Positions 1 through 11,158 of a DNA stretch of 64,000 nt are shown one piece after another. Origin of the DNA: Auanema rhodensis (Eukaryota; Animalia; Nematoda); the NCBI GenBank assembly GCA_964057225.1, contig OZ059899.1, positions 11,532,001 to 11,596,000 of the forward strand. Direction: 5' to 3'. The position numbers were made by a program, and so were the translations under genes. A model generated the notes under the pieces. That model searched no databases. It had not been told where the DNA came from and saw nothing but the letters and a program-made list of their open reading frames with translations. Numbering within the stretch: the first letter of the stretch is position 1; each line of letters opens with the position of its first letter.

Positions 1-1440
1 CATTGGGACACATCAAAGACCATTCCTGATCTCTTTCAACCCTTTTCATGAAAAGATCAGGGATCCATAGGGCATAAAACAAATCTCTAGCACGTTCCTC
101 TTCTGGTCCAGTGTTTCTGCGAAGGGCAACAAAACTAAAATGTTACAGTTAACAAAAAACTCAAATTTTTATAATTTACTCGAAGATGTCCGCGTGCCAT
201 GGCTCGAGATAGATGGCGAATGCACCTGGTCTCTTATTACCTCCTTGATCAACATAACGAGCAGTATTATTGAAAACACGAAGCATTGGAACCAATCCAT
301 TCGAAGTACCATTAGTCTTCAAAATTGAATTAAAATTTAAGAGAATATTAAAAGTCTTCCCTTACCCCATTAATCAAGGAACCAGTTGCACGAATCTTAT
401 GAACATTCAATCCTATTCCTCCAGCGCTTTTAGAAATCAAAGCACACTGTTTGAGCGTGTCATATATACCTTGAATTGAATCTTCACACATAGTGAGCAA
501 GAAACAAGAGGACATCTGTGGTCTAAATTGTAGGCAATATTTTTTAGTAACTTAACAACATTCCTTATTACCTGACGGTACCAGAGTTGAAAAGAGTTGG
601 CGAAGCATGAGTGAAGAATCTTTCGCTCATGAGATTGTAGGTTTCAACAGCACTATCAATATCTACTCCATGAATTCCGACAGCTACTCTCATAAGCATA
701 TGCTGTGGACGTTCAACCACCTGAGAAGTGAATAAATCACCGATAAAAGTATAAAAAAACTTACTTCTTTGTTAATTTTCAAAAGATAAGAGCGTTCGAG
801 TGTTTTGAATCCAAAATAAGAATAAGAGAAGTCGCGATCATAGACAATAGCAGAGTTTAAACGCTGAAATAATTCAAGTCTATATAGCATCACTAAGCGT
901 ATTATACATCAGCATTTTTCATAATAATATCGTAAGTTTCTTTGCTGATCATAGGAGCATGTTTATCAGTATGCTCGGTGCGGAAATTATACAGACGTTC
1001 CATGACTTCTGAGAAGACCTAAATTCAACTATAATCATAGTTGTTCTAAAATAACCAACTTTGTTAGTTTTTTTATGCAAATTGGACACAGCAATTCGAG
1101 CAGCAAGAATGGCATAATCAGGATGTTGTGTAGTCATCGAGGCAGCAGTTTCAGCAGCTAAGTTATCTAACTCTGTGGTTGAAACTCCTTTATAAAGACC
1201 ACCAATAACTTTCATAGTGACAAGAACCTAATCACAAAATAGTATATACAATTATATTATTATTTACTTACAGGGTCAACATAATCCATGTTTAAGTTGT
1301 AAGAAAGCTTAATCATACGAGCAGTGATTTTATCAAAGTGAACAATTTCTTTTCTTCCATCTAATATTATTTAAGTTATGAAAAAATAAACAAAAATAAT
1401 TACCTCTCTTCACTACGTAAGTGCTGTTCATGCGCTGCAT
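1..1440 (-). CDS. rnr-1: Ribonucleotide reductase large subunit (RRM1), multi-exon, 3' part runs off the window
   Basis: Starts [12 protein letters not shown] at 1440; exons encode ATP-cone [90 protein letters not shown]. Confidence 0.97.
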
Positions 1441-1697
1441 GGTTAGTTTCTATAAATATGAAAAAGTTATTCAAATTGCAAAGTCAAAAAAAACGAGAAA
1501 GAATAATAGCAAAAAATCATTCAAACAAATAATAATTAAAGAAACATGTCTCTTTAACTTTAGAGCTTGTGACCAGCTAAATCAACAACTGTTGCTAGGG
1601 TCTCCCAATTAGACACAAAGAGCAGTAGAAGAAAGCCTAGAGCCATCCTCTAGATTGCAATATTGAACACAATGAACAACTCAGCAAGCAGCAAAAT

Positions 1698-1730
1698 TTT
1701 TGAAAAACATTTTCGCGCGCGCGCGAGAAT
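1698..1730. promoter_or_regulatory. E2F-type site (TTTTCGCGCGCGCGCGAGAA) next to a CHR-like TTTGAA, upstream of rnr-1
   Basis: TTTGAA at 1699-1704 and near-palindromic TTTCGCGC.. at 1710-1729, ~270 nt upstream of an S-phase gene. Confidence 0.6.
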
Positions 1731-2236
1731 CAGTGCATGATTTGTGAACAGGGCCATGTGGCCAACTTTGACCTCCATTTAATGGTAATGAATTAGTTGA
1801 TGAAGTAAGCAAATTATTATGCAAATCTAATGCTTACCTCTCGCAATTTTCTGAGGGCCTGAACATCTGTGTGCATGTTTATACGAATGGTTTCTGATCG
1901 TAAATAAATAGCAAAAGGAACTTTGTTTTCGAGCACGCCATAAAGTTACGTCTTTCAATGTCATTGTGCCAGGTGTTAATATTCTTGGAACATATAATAT
2001 AATTTGGTTTCTGTATTCGCCAAGTAATGTAATCATTTTTACTCAACTGTCCTATAATAGTTTTTTGGTTTTCCGTTTTGAGAGCTAGTGTTGTTACTTC
2101 ATGAGATAAGGAGTTATAAAAGTTCCCTAAGGCAAACTGATTTCTGCTCATGAACTATTTACAGCAGTGAGATTAATTCTGTCATTAATATGTTTGAATA
2201 TTTATTAAAGACTAGAAGTAATACTAATTACAATAA

Positions 2237-4028
2237 TTATGCGGCCAATTTTATTTCAAGATTTGGCTTGTCCATATTGTCAGGTGGAGACATTGCTAAC
2301 GATAATGTGGCCATCTTAAAGGTCAAAATGGCATTAGGTTGTTTTCGCTTTCTATTGACTCACCGTCTTCTCAGCGTTTTTCTGAATATTATATATGACT
2401 AAACTTTCACTGCCTCTTCTATTAGCACAATAAAGTCCTCGTTTTTCACATTCGTTCTCAAAGTCAGAACATTGCACTTGCGGACATCGCTTTACAGTAC
2501 AGATCTAAAGATACCCTAAGTATTATAACACTTTATTAGTCAATTGCCAACCTGTGAGAGGGGTAACCCAGTGTGTTCATCGGGAACGTGACTCAGCCAT
2601 TTCTAAAAAAAGAGACTTTATGTAACGCTAGACGGAAAATGGTTTTTTAATGATAAGATCCATTATCAGTTATGATTAGTGAACTTAGAATCAGAGATTT
2701 CTTGATTTAAATTATGACCGAGAAAATTTTCGAAAAGTGCGCGATAATACCGGTCTTTCACAGAGAAATGGCTATCATTTACAATCAATGTGCTCACGGA
2801 AAACGGTTGCATTTAAAATTAAGATTAATTACCTGCGTGTAGTGGCAGACCATTTTTGTCGAAACAGAGCATTGATCCAACAATAAAATTGGGAAGTTTC
2901 CTTCATTTGCAAATCGTTGCAATGTTTGATCACCCAATTGAAGAGCCGGGCGTGCTTTACGTTTGAAGGAGCTGCGTCCAAATTTGACGGCGTCAACGGT
3001 GATGCGTCGCATCAGAGTCGGATTAAGTTGTTCAATATGGCTATCAGTTAAACTCAATGGACTCATATTGAAGCAATTTTGAATCTATAATGCATATATT
3101 AATGCTCGAATTGATATTATAAATTTACTTCTAATTCTTTTAGAGATTTGGAGACTAAAGCCAATAGCTTATGTAAAGTAAGTGAATTTGTATGATGCAT
3201 ATCTATTTGAATCAGAGATAGACTATGCAAAACTGATAAATCCGTTTCGGATAACTGGAATCTCAAAAAATTTATGAAGTCATCCGTTAAAGCTGTTTTC
3301 TGTAATAAGCGTTTTGTATCAGGAAACCATTTGTATTTTGCTCACGGTTATCACTAAACGTTGAATTGCAAACCGCTTAAAAGCACAACGAAGATCAACG
3401 CAGTTCTGAACTTCAGATTGAGTAAGGGAAATACTCCTAGATTGCTGACGATCATAATCAACCCATCGTAGTTCAAGCCCTCCTTTCTTGGTACCTTGAA
3501 TAATCAGACGCGAAACCTGAATATTCATGAAAGGTTTGTACATCAAGTAGTTTTTTTTACATTAAGAACTGGTAAAGGTTTCTTAGTTTGAATATGCTCA
3601 GCCATGCATTTCCATCGTCTAGAAACTTCTCGGCATTGTAACAGTGTTTTACCATCGACTTCCTTGAGAATTTGATGCAAAATCTCAGGGGGAATCATCT
3701 AGATAAAAAAAAAAGTATTAATCACTAAACGTGATAATACCTCAACAGGAGACAGGTGTACGATAGTTGTTGGTTCTTTAGAAGGTTCCGAAAAGAACCA
3801 ATCGCTTAAATATTTCCATACTTTCCAGCTGTCAGAAATTCTTCTGCTTTCATTGAATTTATTCTCTAAGCTGTAATCAAGAATTGATTGGCTTCAACAG
3901 TATAATTTGTGAACAAATCAATAAATGTCAAAAACTCACACTGATCCTTTGTATTCTTTACGAAAATCCAACTGTGGTTTTTGCTGAACTCCAGGGAAGC
4001 TTACTTTCCTGGTAATTATCTGCACCAT
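2237..4028 (-). CDS. F-box domain protein (nematode-type), multi-exon
   Basis: ATG at 4028 after a TTCAG acceptor; F-box-like PPEILHQILKEVDGKTLLQCREVSRRWKCMAE at ~3600-3700; last exons ICTVKRCPQVQC.. and ..KPNLEIKLAA* join in frame; internal exons not all traced. Confidence 0.7.
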
Positions 4029-6325
4029 TTCACTGAATTACAAATCATGTAGACAAAAAAAAACGACACATAATATAAACACGCGATGAAAAACGAAACA
4101 AGAATCATCGAGTAAAATTGTTACTCATTAATCTATGATTTTAAAAACAGAACTAAGATCTAGGTAAAAGAAACAACTATTCGTCGATACTTTTACTCGT
4201 AAGTTCTAGATTGAAAACAACGAAGGACATGTAGTGGAGAAGACATGATCATAAGCAAAACATGAGAAGATACGAATTAAACGATTTCTGAAGAAGAAAA
4301 AGAAAAGGGAGAAATTGAACGCACTATCTGATGAAAGACGTCACTGTGACTTTCAAAAGTTGTACACGACATTAAAATCGTGCAGATTGTGGTCTTAATA
4401 AAGATATGTGATAAAAGAAGAATAAGAGCTGTACATGTCGATAGTCATGTTCAATTGAGACAAGTTTTAATGCCTTATACGGATGAAAAAAAGTTTTTGC
4501 AAGAAACAAAAAATTTGTTGAAATGATTTTTGAGTAAGAATTTGAAAATGAAATTAAAGATTATCGGTCATTTATATAAGATGTGGCGCAAAACACACAC
4601 TGTAAAGTTATAATAAACTGACTAAAAATAGTAAAATTTGAAAATGAAACGTCATTTTACTCTAAATTTATTAGTTATTAAGTGGAATATTGGTCAACAT
4701 AGTACTTATTATGTTACATAGATCAAAGTGACGAGGTATGAAGTAAACGTGTATTGATTCTTTGGATTAAGATATTGTTTATAAATATCCAAAGTTTCAA
4801 AACAGGATGGAAAAGAAGCTAACAATTTTTGATTTGATTTGATTTGAACTTGAAGATAAAAATGAACATAAGCATGAATACCAGTTATATCCAAATTTCA
4901 GGAATATATTAGTAGAGTAAAAGTAGCACGGGGGATGTGAGAAAACGAAAACAACTGATAGCGGCAGTCGTTTCCAAACACAATGTGGTAATCTTTCGAA
5001 CCAAGTATTTGCTTCATACCTTTGAAAATTTTCATGTTTTTTTCTCAAGAAAAGTGAGGAATAAAAACAGGATAGCCTATCTACTGGTCCAACATGTTCA
5101 CACGTTGTAACAAAATTCACCAGAAGGCATGCACGACAGTTGTAACGACAGTGGCTAAAATAGAACAGCTGGGAAGGACAAGCATGCTTATTTCACGTGA
5201 ACATAAAGTGCTTTCTTAATTACTTACTCTAGAACGACTAAGACCAACGATAAGAAAAAAGGGCAAATGCGCAAGTATTGATTACAGCGTATTGAGGTTA
5301 AACGAATAGACATCGTAAGATTACTGAAAAGGTAGATTTTTCGAAGATAAAGTCTGTTTCTCGATCAATAGCTTTTGCAGAAAAAAGACAGAGTTTTATC
5401 AGCACATAGGCAACATGTCAATTTCGTGAATTTCACGTGAATGGCGCCTGCATAGCAGCATACATCATTGTCAAACCAATATATGATCCCAGTGATTGCT
5501 TTCCATCGCAAACGAATTTCTAGAGAGATTTCCCACCCATAACCACTATCGTTATCTTCTGTATTATAGAGAAATTATAGATATATAATCAAAAATCTGC
5601 AATATTTATTTCCTACGCATATAAAAATCTATTGTGAGTTACTATGTACATCAGACTCATCCTTATTTGAAGACAAGAATGGGAACCATAAGTTTTTACC
5701 TGAAAGTTCTGATTAAAACAAGTTTTTCAATCAGAAATCAAACCATATTTCTGTCGCTCACGTACTAAAACTGTTTTTTCCTCTCTGTATGTGTTGAATT
5801 GTTCTTCTGTCATAGTAAGATAGAGATAGACCTAATGGAAGGAAAATAAGGAAATATAAGTTGACATGATTTTTACAGAATGTAATACAGGTCCAACCAT
5901 AGCTGACGAACATAAAACAAAAACTGCCCAAAGGTGAGCATGGGGATAACGTAATAAAAATCGTCTATAATAGAATTATTTGTTTTTCATGTGTTCATTT
6001 CTTTATAATCTCACCTGACAAAAGCCGGTGGAAAACGTTTACTTTGCTGATAATAGGTTGCTCGTGTTCTTGTTGCATTCAATAACATTCGTGTTGTATG
6101 TAAAAATGCCATATCTTAAACATAACGAGATAGATAATACAAATAAACAAAAGAAATAGTACGCATAGGCCTTTAGCGATGTAACCCAAAAGAATCTAAT
6201 GATCATATCTATCTTCTTTATATAGAATTGTAACAAAATTTAACAGTAAATTGAACAAAAATAACAATTGAAGCCAACAAAATCCTAAAGTTATCACGTC
6301 ATCTTCAACAGGTTCTCACGAACGT

Positions 6326-9300
6326 TCATACTCTAAGATACACCCAAACGGCATCAATTCCTTCTCCAATTTGAGTAACTTCTTTATAATACTGATTTTC
6401 CGGTAAGGGGAAGCGACATGCAAGTAAATTTGAACCAGATTTCATTTCAGAAAGCTTTGGTACGAGATCTTGCATCTGAATGTTATAATTGAATATTTAT
6501 TAAGTAATTTACTGTCTCCAACCAAGCTTTCAGCTCCAAAAATAACGGCAGTATTATATTGAGTTAAATCGGTTTTAAATATATCCTTTCTAAAAAATTA
6601 GTTTGGAACTCCATCCAAAAATATCATCAAGATCTAACCTATGAAACTTGGCCTTTTTCCTCAATCCTTGCTTTGTGGCTACATACTTTGAATAAGCCAC
6701 GAGAATTGAATTTAGCTCTACTCCTGTGCTTTCAAAACCCTCGTTCGCACATTGTAAAACCTGGAAAGTTTTTAGTAATATTCGGTTCCCTTTGATATTT
6801 TTCAGCAAGTTGGAATACAGTTGACCAGCCAAGACCGAATAGGCAGATTATACAAATGACCCGGATCAAATTCACCGAAAAGATAATAACTAGGCAAAAC
6901 CCCATACAAATTGCGAAAAAACGTGTCGTCGAACTTTGCTTCATATAATACTTTGAACAAAAAAAATACAGCTAATTAAAGTCATGGAAGAGTTTAGACT
7001 AGAATTTTCTACAGAGGAATGAGCAAATACAATTTATATATGATTTTGAGAAAGAGAATAACTGAATTTGATGTTGGAATGAGAAACCATGAGATGAACA
7101 ACAACTATTGCACACATATACACATGGAAGTGAAATTGATAAACAGCTCTGAACTCGAATGCAAAACGAATAAAACATTTTTCGAATAAAATTTTAGTCC
7201 TACTTAGGAAATTACTTAATATGGAAATCTAATAAAAACATAATCTATACTGGCTATTGAGGCGTCTCGACAAGTGTGACTGTTGCATTATATGGTTGGC
7301 TTGAAGCTACCAGACGATTGAATCTCGTCTTCCTCAGCAGTTGCCTTGTCGACTTCTGTGTCTTTTTCTGCTTCTTCTGTCTTTCCGCCAGATCAAGTCC
7401 TCGATGCGTCACTCCATCCGCTAAATCCATTTTTGCTTGTAGCGAATCTAGATCTCCTTTCCTAATTGGTTTGACGGAGATATCTCGAACGGCACGGAAC
7501 TGACCGCAATTATTGACATGCTCATTTTCCAAGCGGAAATAGTTCCAAACGAATCGACGAAATACTTCGGCAGGGGCAGTGACGGTTGTTAAGAAGTCCG
7601 AATCAAGAGTCCAAGCTTCTCCAAGTGAAACGTTGAGAACCCATGCAAGACGAAGAACAAAGTCTTGAACGATCGCAGCATAATAGTACCATTTACTACC
7701 GTAGATCATTTCTTCTCGTAAAAATGGTGCGTCTTTAGGAGCACGAGGATCAATAAGACCCCAGTCCATGAAAATATCCCAAAGGAATGTGTAAGTGAAT
7801 GAAAATATGTAACTAGCAATCCATATGTAGAAAAATGGTGATGTTACGTTAGGGTTATTCTTCTCAGCCCATTTGTTAAGTGCTCCACAAATGACGACAA
7901 TGTAAGTAGTTGAGTATTTTCCAGCGTTAACCAAATGCGGATGAACTCGTTTGGTATCACGATAACGACGCAGACATTGCATGAAACGAACAGTGGCAGG
8001 TATTATTGAGACAAAGGACCGAACGCCTGACACAGACATACACATATCCTTTCCTGTACTCATATCCACTCGGCCCCACGGCACAGATCCAGTAGTTGAA
8101 TTGATTACTCGGACGGCTAAGAAGTTGTCCGTGTCGTAGTTAACTTCTGTTGAGTAGAAGCACAAGAAGTACTGCAGATCAAGAAATGCTGTGGATAACG
8201 AATTCATTTGATCTCCAAGCCAGAAATCGGTGAAGGTGACGAAGTGCAAGGGTGCAGTAAAACAATTATAGCAGTGCTTTATCAGCCAGAAGCGTGAGCT
8301 GCCGTGGAATATCGACGTTGGCTTACTGAAGGGATTGAACAGAATCAGGAAGCAAAGTATCATCAGTACGAGTGGTGGTAAAAATGGTGGTATATGAAGT
8401 AGATGTGCATATAAGTAGGCTAATACAGCTACGGACCATAGCATTATCATGAAGCTGGCAATTTGCATAAGCGTCTGATACGTTAAATGATTCCTAGGAT
8501 CAACTTCGAAAATGAGTACGTGATTGACTCCGGCTCCGGCCCATCCGGCCATATTCACTCCGCACAGAAAGATTGACAGAAAAAGAAGGAATGGTCCTCG
8601 GAAAAGACGAACGGCGACCCATTTTGGTTCATTTTCTCGTGGTGCAGATCCAAGCCATGAAAAGAAAATGCCAACTAGTAGAATTATGCTAGCACCCATG
8701 AACAATCCTAGAGAGAAAGTTGTAATGGGCTTTTGCTTTTCAGAAAGCGGTGGAACCTTCAACCTTTTCATTCCAGCTTGACGATTTCCTCCTTCCAAAT
8801 CATTAATTACAGAAGTTTCGACATTAGTTATAAGTGTTTCAATTTCGCGATTTAGAAAGAAAGAGCTTTTCTCCACTTTAGTAATTCTCCAATCCAATCC
8901 TCGTTCATTTCCTGTTAGCTTGTCATGTTTCTTCAAAATCTTACGGAAACCTGTGGCATTCAACTGTTGATAGTTCTGAACCAGAACTAACGATAGGTAG
9001 AATTCCGAAAAAGCTAATTTGAGTTGTTGATCAGTCTTGCTCGTTTCTTTCCCCAATTTATCTTGACCACCAAATCGGCGTCGAAGTCGGTTGGTTGGTT
9101 CCTGCCTTTTTTCCAAAACTTCCTTGAATGTATGAAGCTCAGATTGAAGTTCATGATATTTTCCTTGAGCTTCAGCGATCTTTTGTGAGAAAAACAAGTT
9201 GATTTTGGTCAGCTCATTATCACAAGTGATGAAAAATTTCTCGTCCATCTGAGAAATATGCTCTTCGCGGCGATCTTCTTCTGTAGGAATTTGCATCATG

Positions 9301-9640
9301 TTGTCGTATAAAAGATTTTTCATTGCTTCATAGTCAATATATTGCTTCCGCCATTCCGGTGTTAAATGGCTGGCCAACTGCTCTCCAAACTTCATCTGAA
9401 AAATCAAATTTCAAATAAACTCACAACACGCCCGTCTCCAGATCCCAGATCAATAAGCGGACCTTTAGTTTTGGTCTGCACTATGGCTTGCTTGACATTA
9501 GCCAACTGATTTGGGGTCGCAGGAACATAAGGAATGCAAACACGACGTAGGGCTGGCGTAACAAATGGAATTGCGGCCATGGAAATGCCAAGAGCCGTGG
9601 CGCCTGCTACACCGGCGATAAGCATTCCGCTCATGCCCAT
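6326..9640 (-). CDS. ATPSCKMT: FAM173-family mitochondrial lysine methyltransferase (ATPSCKMT/ANTKMT-like); exons 9640-9425, 6760-6639, 6589-6523, 6475-6326
   Basis: N-terminal TM plus PALRRVCIPYVPAT and motif I LIDLGSGDGRV in exon 1; continues in phase 0 as VLQCANEGFESTGVELNSILVAYSK..DIFKTDL..VIFGAESLM..LLACRFPLP..GEGIDAVWVY*; all GT-AG. Confidence 0.93.
7254..9395 (-). CDS. XPR1: XPR1/SYG1 SPX-EXS phosphate exporter, single coding exon (713 aa from MKFG), nested in intron 1 of the methyltransferase
   Basis: MKFGEQLASHLTPEWRKQYIDYEAMK SPX start, LNATGFRKILKKHDK, DFWLGDQMNS, EVFRRFVWNYFRLENEHVNNCGQFRAVRDI; TTTTCAG directly before the ATG at 9395. Confidence 0.97.
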   Translation of the reverse strand: MKFGEQLASHLTPEWRKQYIDYEAMKNLLYDNMMQIPTEEDRREEHISQMDEKFFITCDNELTKINLFFSQKIAEAQGKYHELQSELHTFKEVLEKRQEPTNRLRRRFGGQDKLGKETSKTDQQLKLAFSEFYLSLVLVQNYQQLNATGFRKILKKHDKLTGNERGLDWRITKVEKSSFFLNREIETLITNVETSVINDLEGGNRQAGMKRLKVPPLSEKQKPITTFSLGLFMGASIILLVGIFFSWLGSAPRENEPKWVAVRLFRGPFLLFLSIFLCGVNMAGWAGAGVNHVLIFEVDPRNHLTYQTLMQIASFMIMLWSVAVLAYLYAHLLHIPPFLPPLVLMILCFLILFNPFSKPTSIFHGSSRFWLIKHCYNCFTAPLHFVTFTDFWLGDQMNSLSTAFLDLQYFLCFYSTEVNYDTDNFLAVRVINSTTGSVPWGRVDMSTGKDMCMSVSGVRSFVSIIPATVRFMQCLRRYRDTKRVHPHLVNAGKYSTTYIVVICGALNKWAEKNNPNVTSPFFYIWIASYIFSFTYTFLWDIFMDWGLIDPRAPKDAPFLREEMIYGSKWYYYAAIVQDFVLRLAWVLNVSLGEAWTLDSDFLTTVTAPAEVFRRFVWNYFRLENEHVNNCGQFRAVRDISVKPIRKGDLDSLQAKMDLADGVTHRGLDLAERQKKQKKTQKSTRQLLRKTRFNRLVASSQPYNATVTLVETPQ

Positions 9641-9756
9641 GCTGAAACACCACGGCTCATAGGCATTTAAAAGAAAAAAACAAAAAGAAAAAGCTAATAA
9701 AAAGTAAATAAGCTATACGACTACGGACACACAACTCAAAGACAATTTTGACTCAC

Positions 9757-9852
9757 CTTGATAGTTTATACTCAGGAATCAAAACGAAGAAGGAGAAATT
9801 ATACGAATTAATAAAACTTGATGATTTCAATTCATAAAAGTTTGATCTAACA
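9757..9852 (-). other. Putative non-coding leader exon shared by the methyltransferase and XPR1
   Basis: Bounded on the minus strand by TTTTCAG (9859-9853) and AAG|GTGAGT (donor 9756-9751); contains only a Met-Asn-stop uORF. Confidence 0.6.
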
Positions 9853-10125
9853 CTGAAAATAAAAAAAATTTACAAAGTTTTCAATACTAAATGTAAAAGT
9901 AGCAAAACCGAAATGCAACCGAATCATTCAAAAAACTCGTAAAGATCATGTTATAAGCAAGGTTCACGGACACTAGTAATATGTCAACAATATTTGATAC
10001 TGACCCGAATCACGTGCTCACTTTTTGCTATCTAGAGAAGCTAATTTAACATTTCAACTTTTATTTAGAAAAACAGAACTTTTTTTTATTAATGTTATGC
10101 AAGTTGAAATATTCATTTCCAGAAA

Positions 10126-10812
10126 ATGTTGGCAAAATACGTAGCTAGAGCAGTTGCTTCATCTAGCAGAACTTCTCTTAGATTATTGTCTTCTAGTAAT
10201 GTTATTAGATCTGCAGGTAGTACTATTTTTTATGAGAATATGGAGCTTCATATATCTCATTTTAGCTTCTCCTGTTGCTGATGGTGCTCCAGCCCCAACT
10301 CCATCTGATGATAGACAAGTGTCCGCCAAAGTTTCAAGCTTAGTAGAAGAAATTGCAAACTTGAGTCTTCTTGATGTTTGTTCTGCTAATCTTTTCTATT
10401 CATGAAATGTCATTCAGGTATCTGATCTTAATTGGGCTCTCAAGAAACGTCTTAATATTCCTGATCAGCCTATGATGGCTCCAGGAATGATGATGGCAGC
10501 TGCTCCTGCTGCCGCTCCCGCTGAGGCTGCCGCTGATGACGTTCCACAGAAACTTACCTTCACAGTTAAATTGACTAAGTTCGATGATACCAAAAAAATT
10601 GCTCTTATCAAAGAGATCCGATCAGCTATTCCAGGGCTTAACCTTGTTCAGGCTAAAAAGGTATGAGCAAATCGATCTAGTTTATAGCTATAAAAATGTT
10701 TCAGTTTGTGGAAACTGCACCAGTTGTTGTTAAGGAAGATATGGGTAAAGGAGAGGCTGATGAATTAAAGGCATTGTTAGAAAAAGCTGGAGCAACCATC
10801 GAAATTGTTTAA
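10126..10812 (+). CDS. mrpl-12: Mitochondrial ribosomal protein L12 (bL12m)
   Basis: LVEEIANLSLLDVSDLNWALKKRLNI, FTVKLTKFDDTKKIALIKEIR..GLNLVQAKKFVE, LEKAGATIEIV*. Confidence 0.95.
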
Positions 10813-11158
10813 GAATCATCTACGTATATAATTGAAAATGAACAAGGTTGATCTTTTTGTTTTTAATCTTCTAGCAAGCAAGTTCATTACTTCGATTGAC
10901 ACGTTGTTTAGCCTAGATGAATTTGTAATAGCCATATAGTAACGTGAATTTTGTTATTATAGATTTGTTGTTGTTTTTATTAAATATTTTACATTCTCCA
11001 AATCAGCTCTATAACCTTTGAAGATTCCTCAAATAGGGGGGGGGGAAGGAAAAAAAATCAATATTTATTATACGTTTCTGGAGATGAACTAAATTACTCC
11101 GAGATAAGAATCATACCACCTCTTTCTTCTGCGAGATTCAAAAATAGCCGTACGACGG

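Noticed and set aside
6780-6940. Complementary elements pairing across the nested XPR1 ORF
   Set aside because: Only short imperfect matches to 9640-9756 found by eye; needs a computational search
9396-9407. ORF-track XPR1 start MIFQ at 9407
   Set aside because: Non-ATG start inside the splice acceptor; SPX proteins begin MKF, so the start is 9395
11036-11045. G10 homopolymer before the GT47 gene
   Set aside because: Too short for a convincing intramolecular quadruplex; no other support
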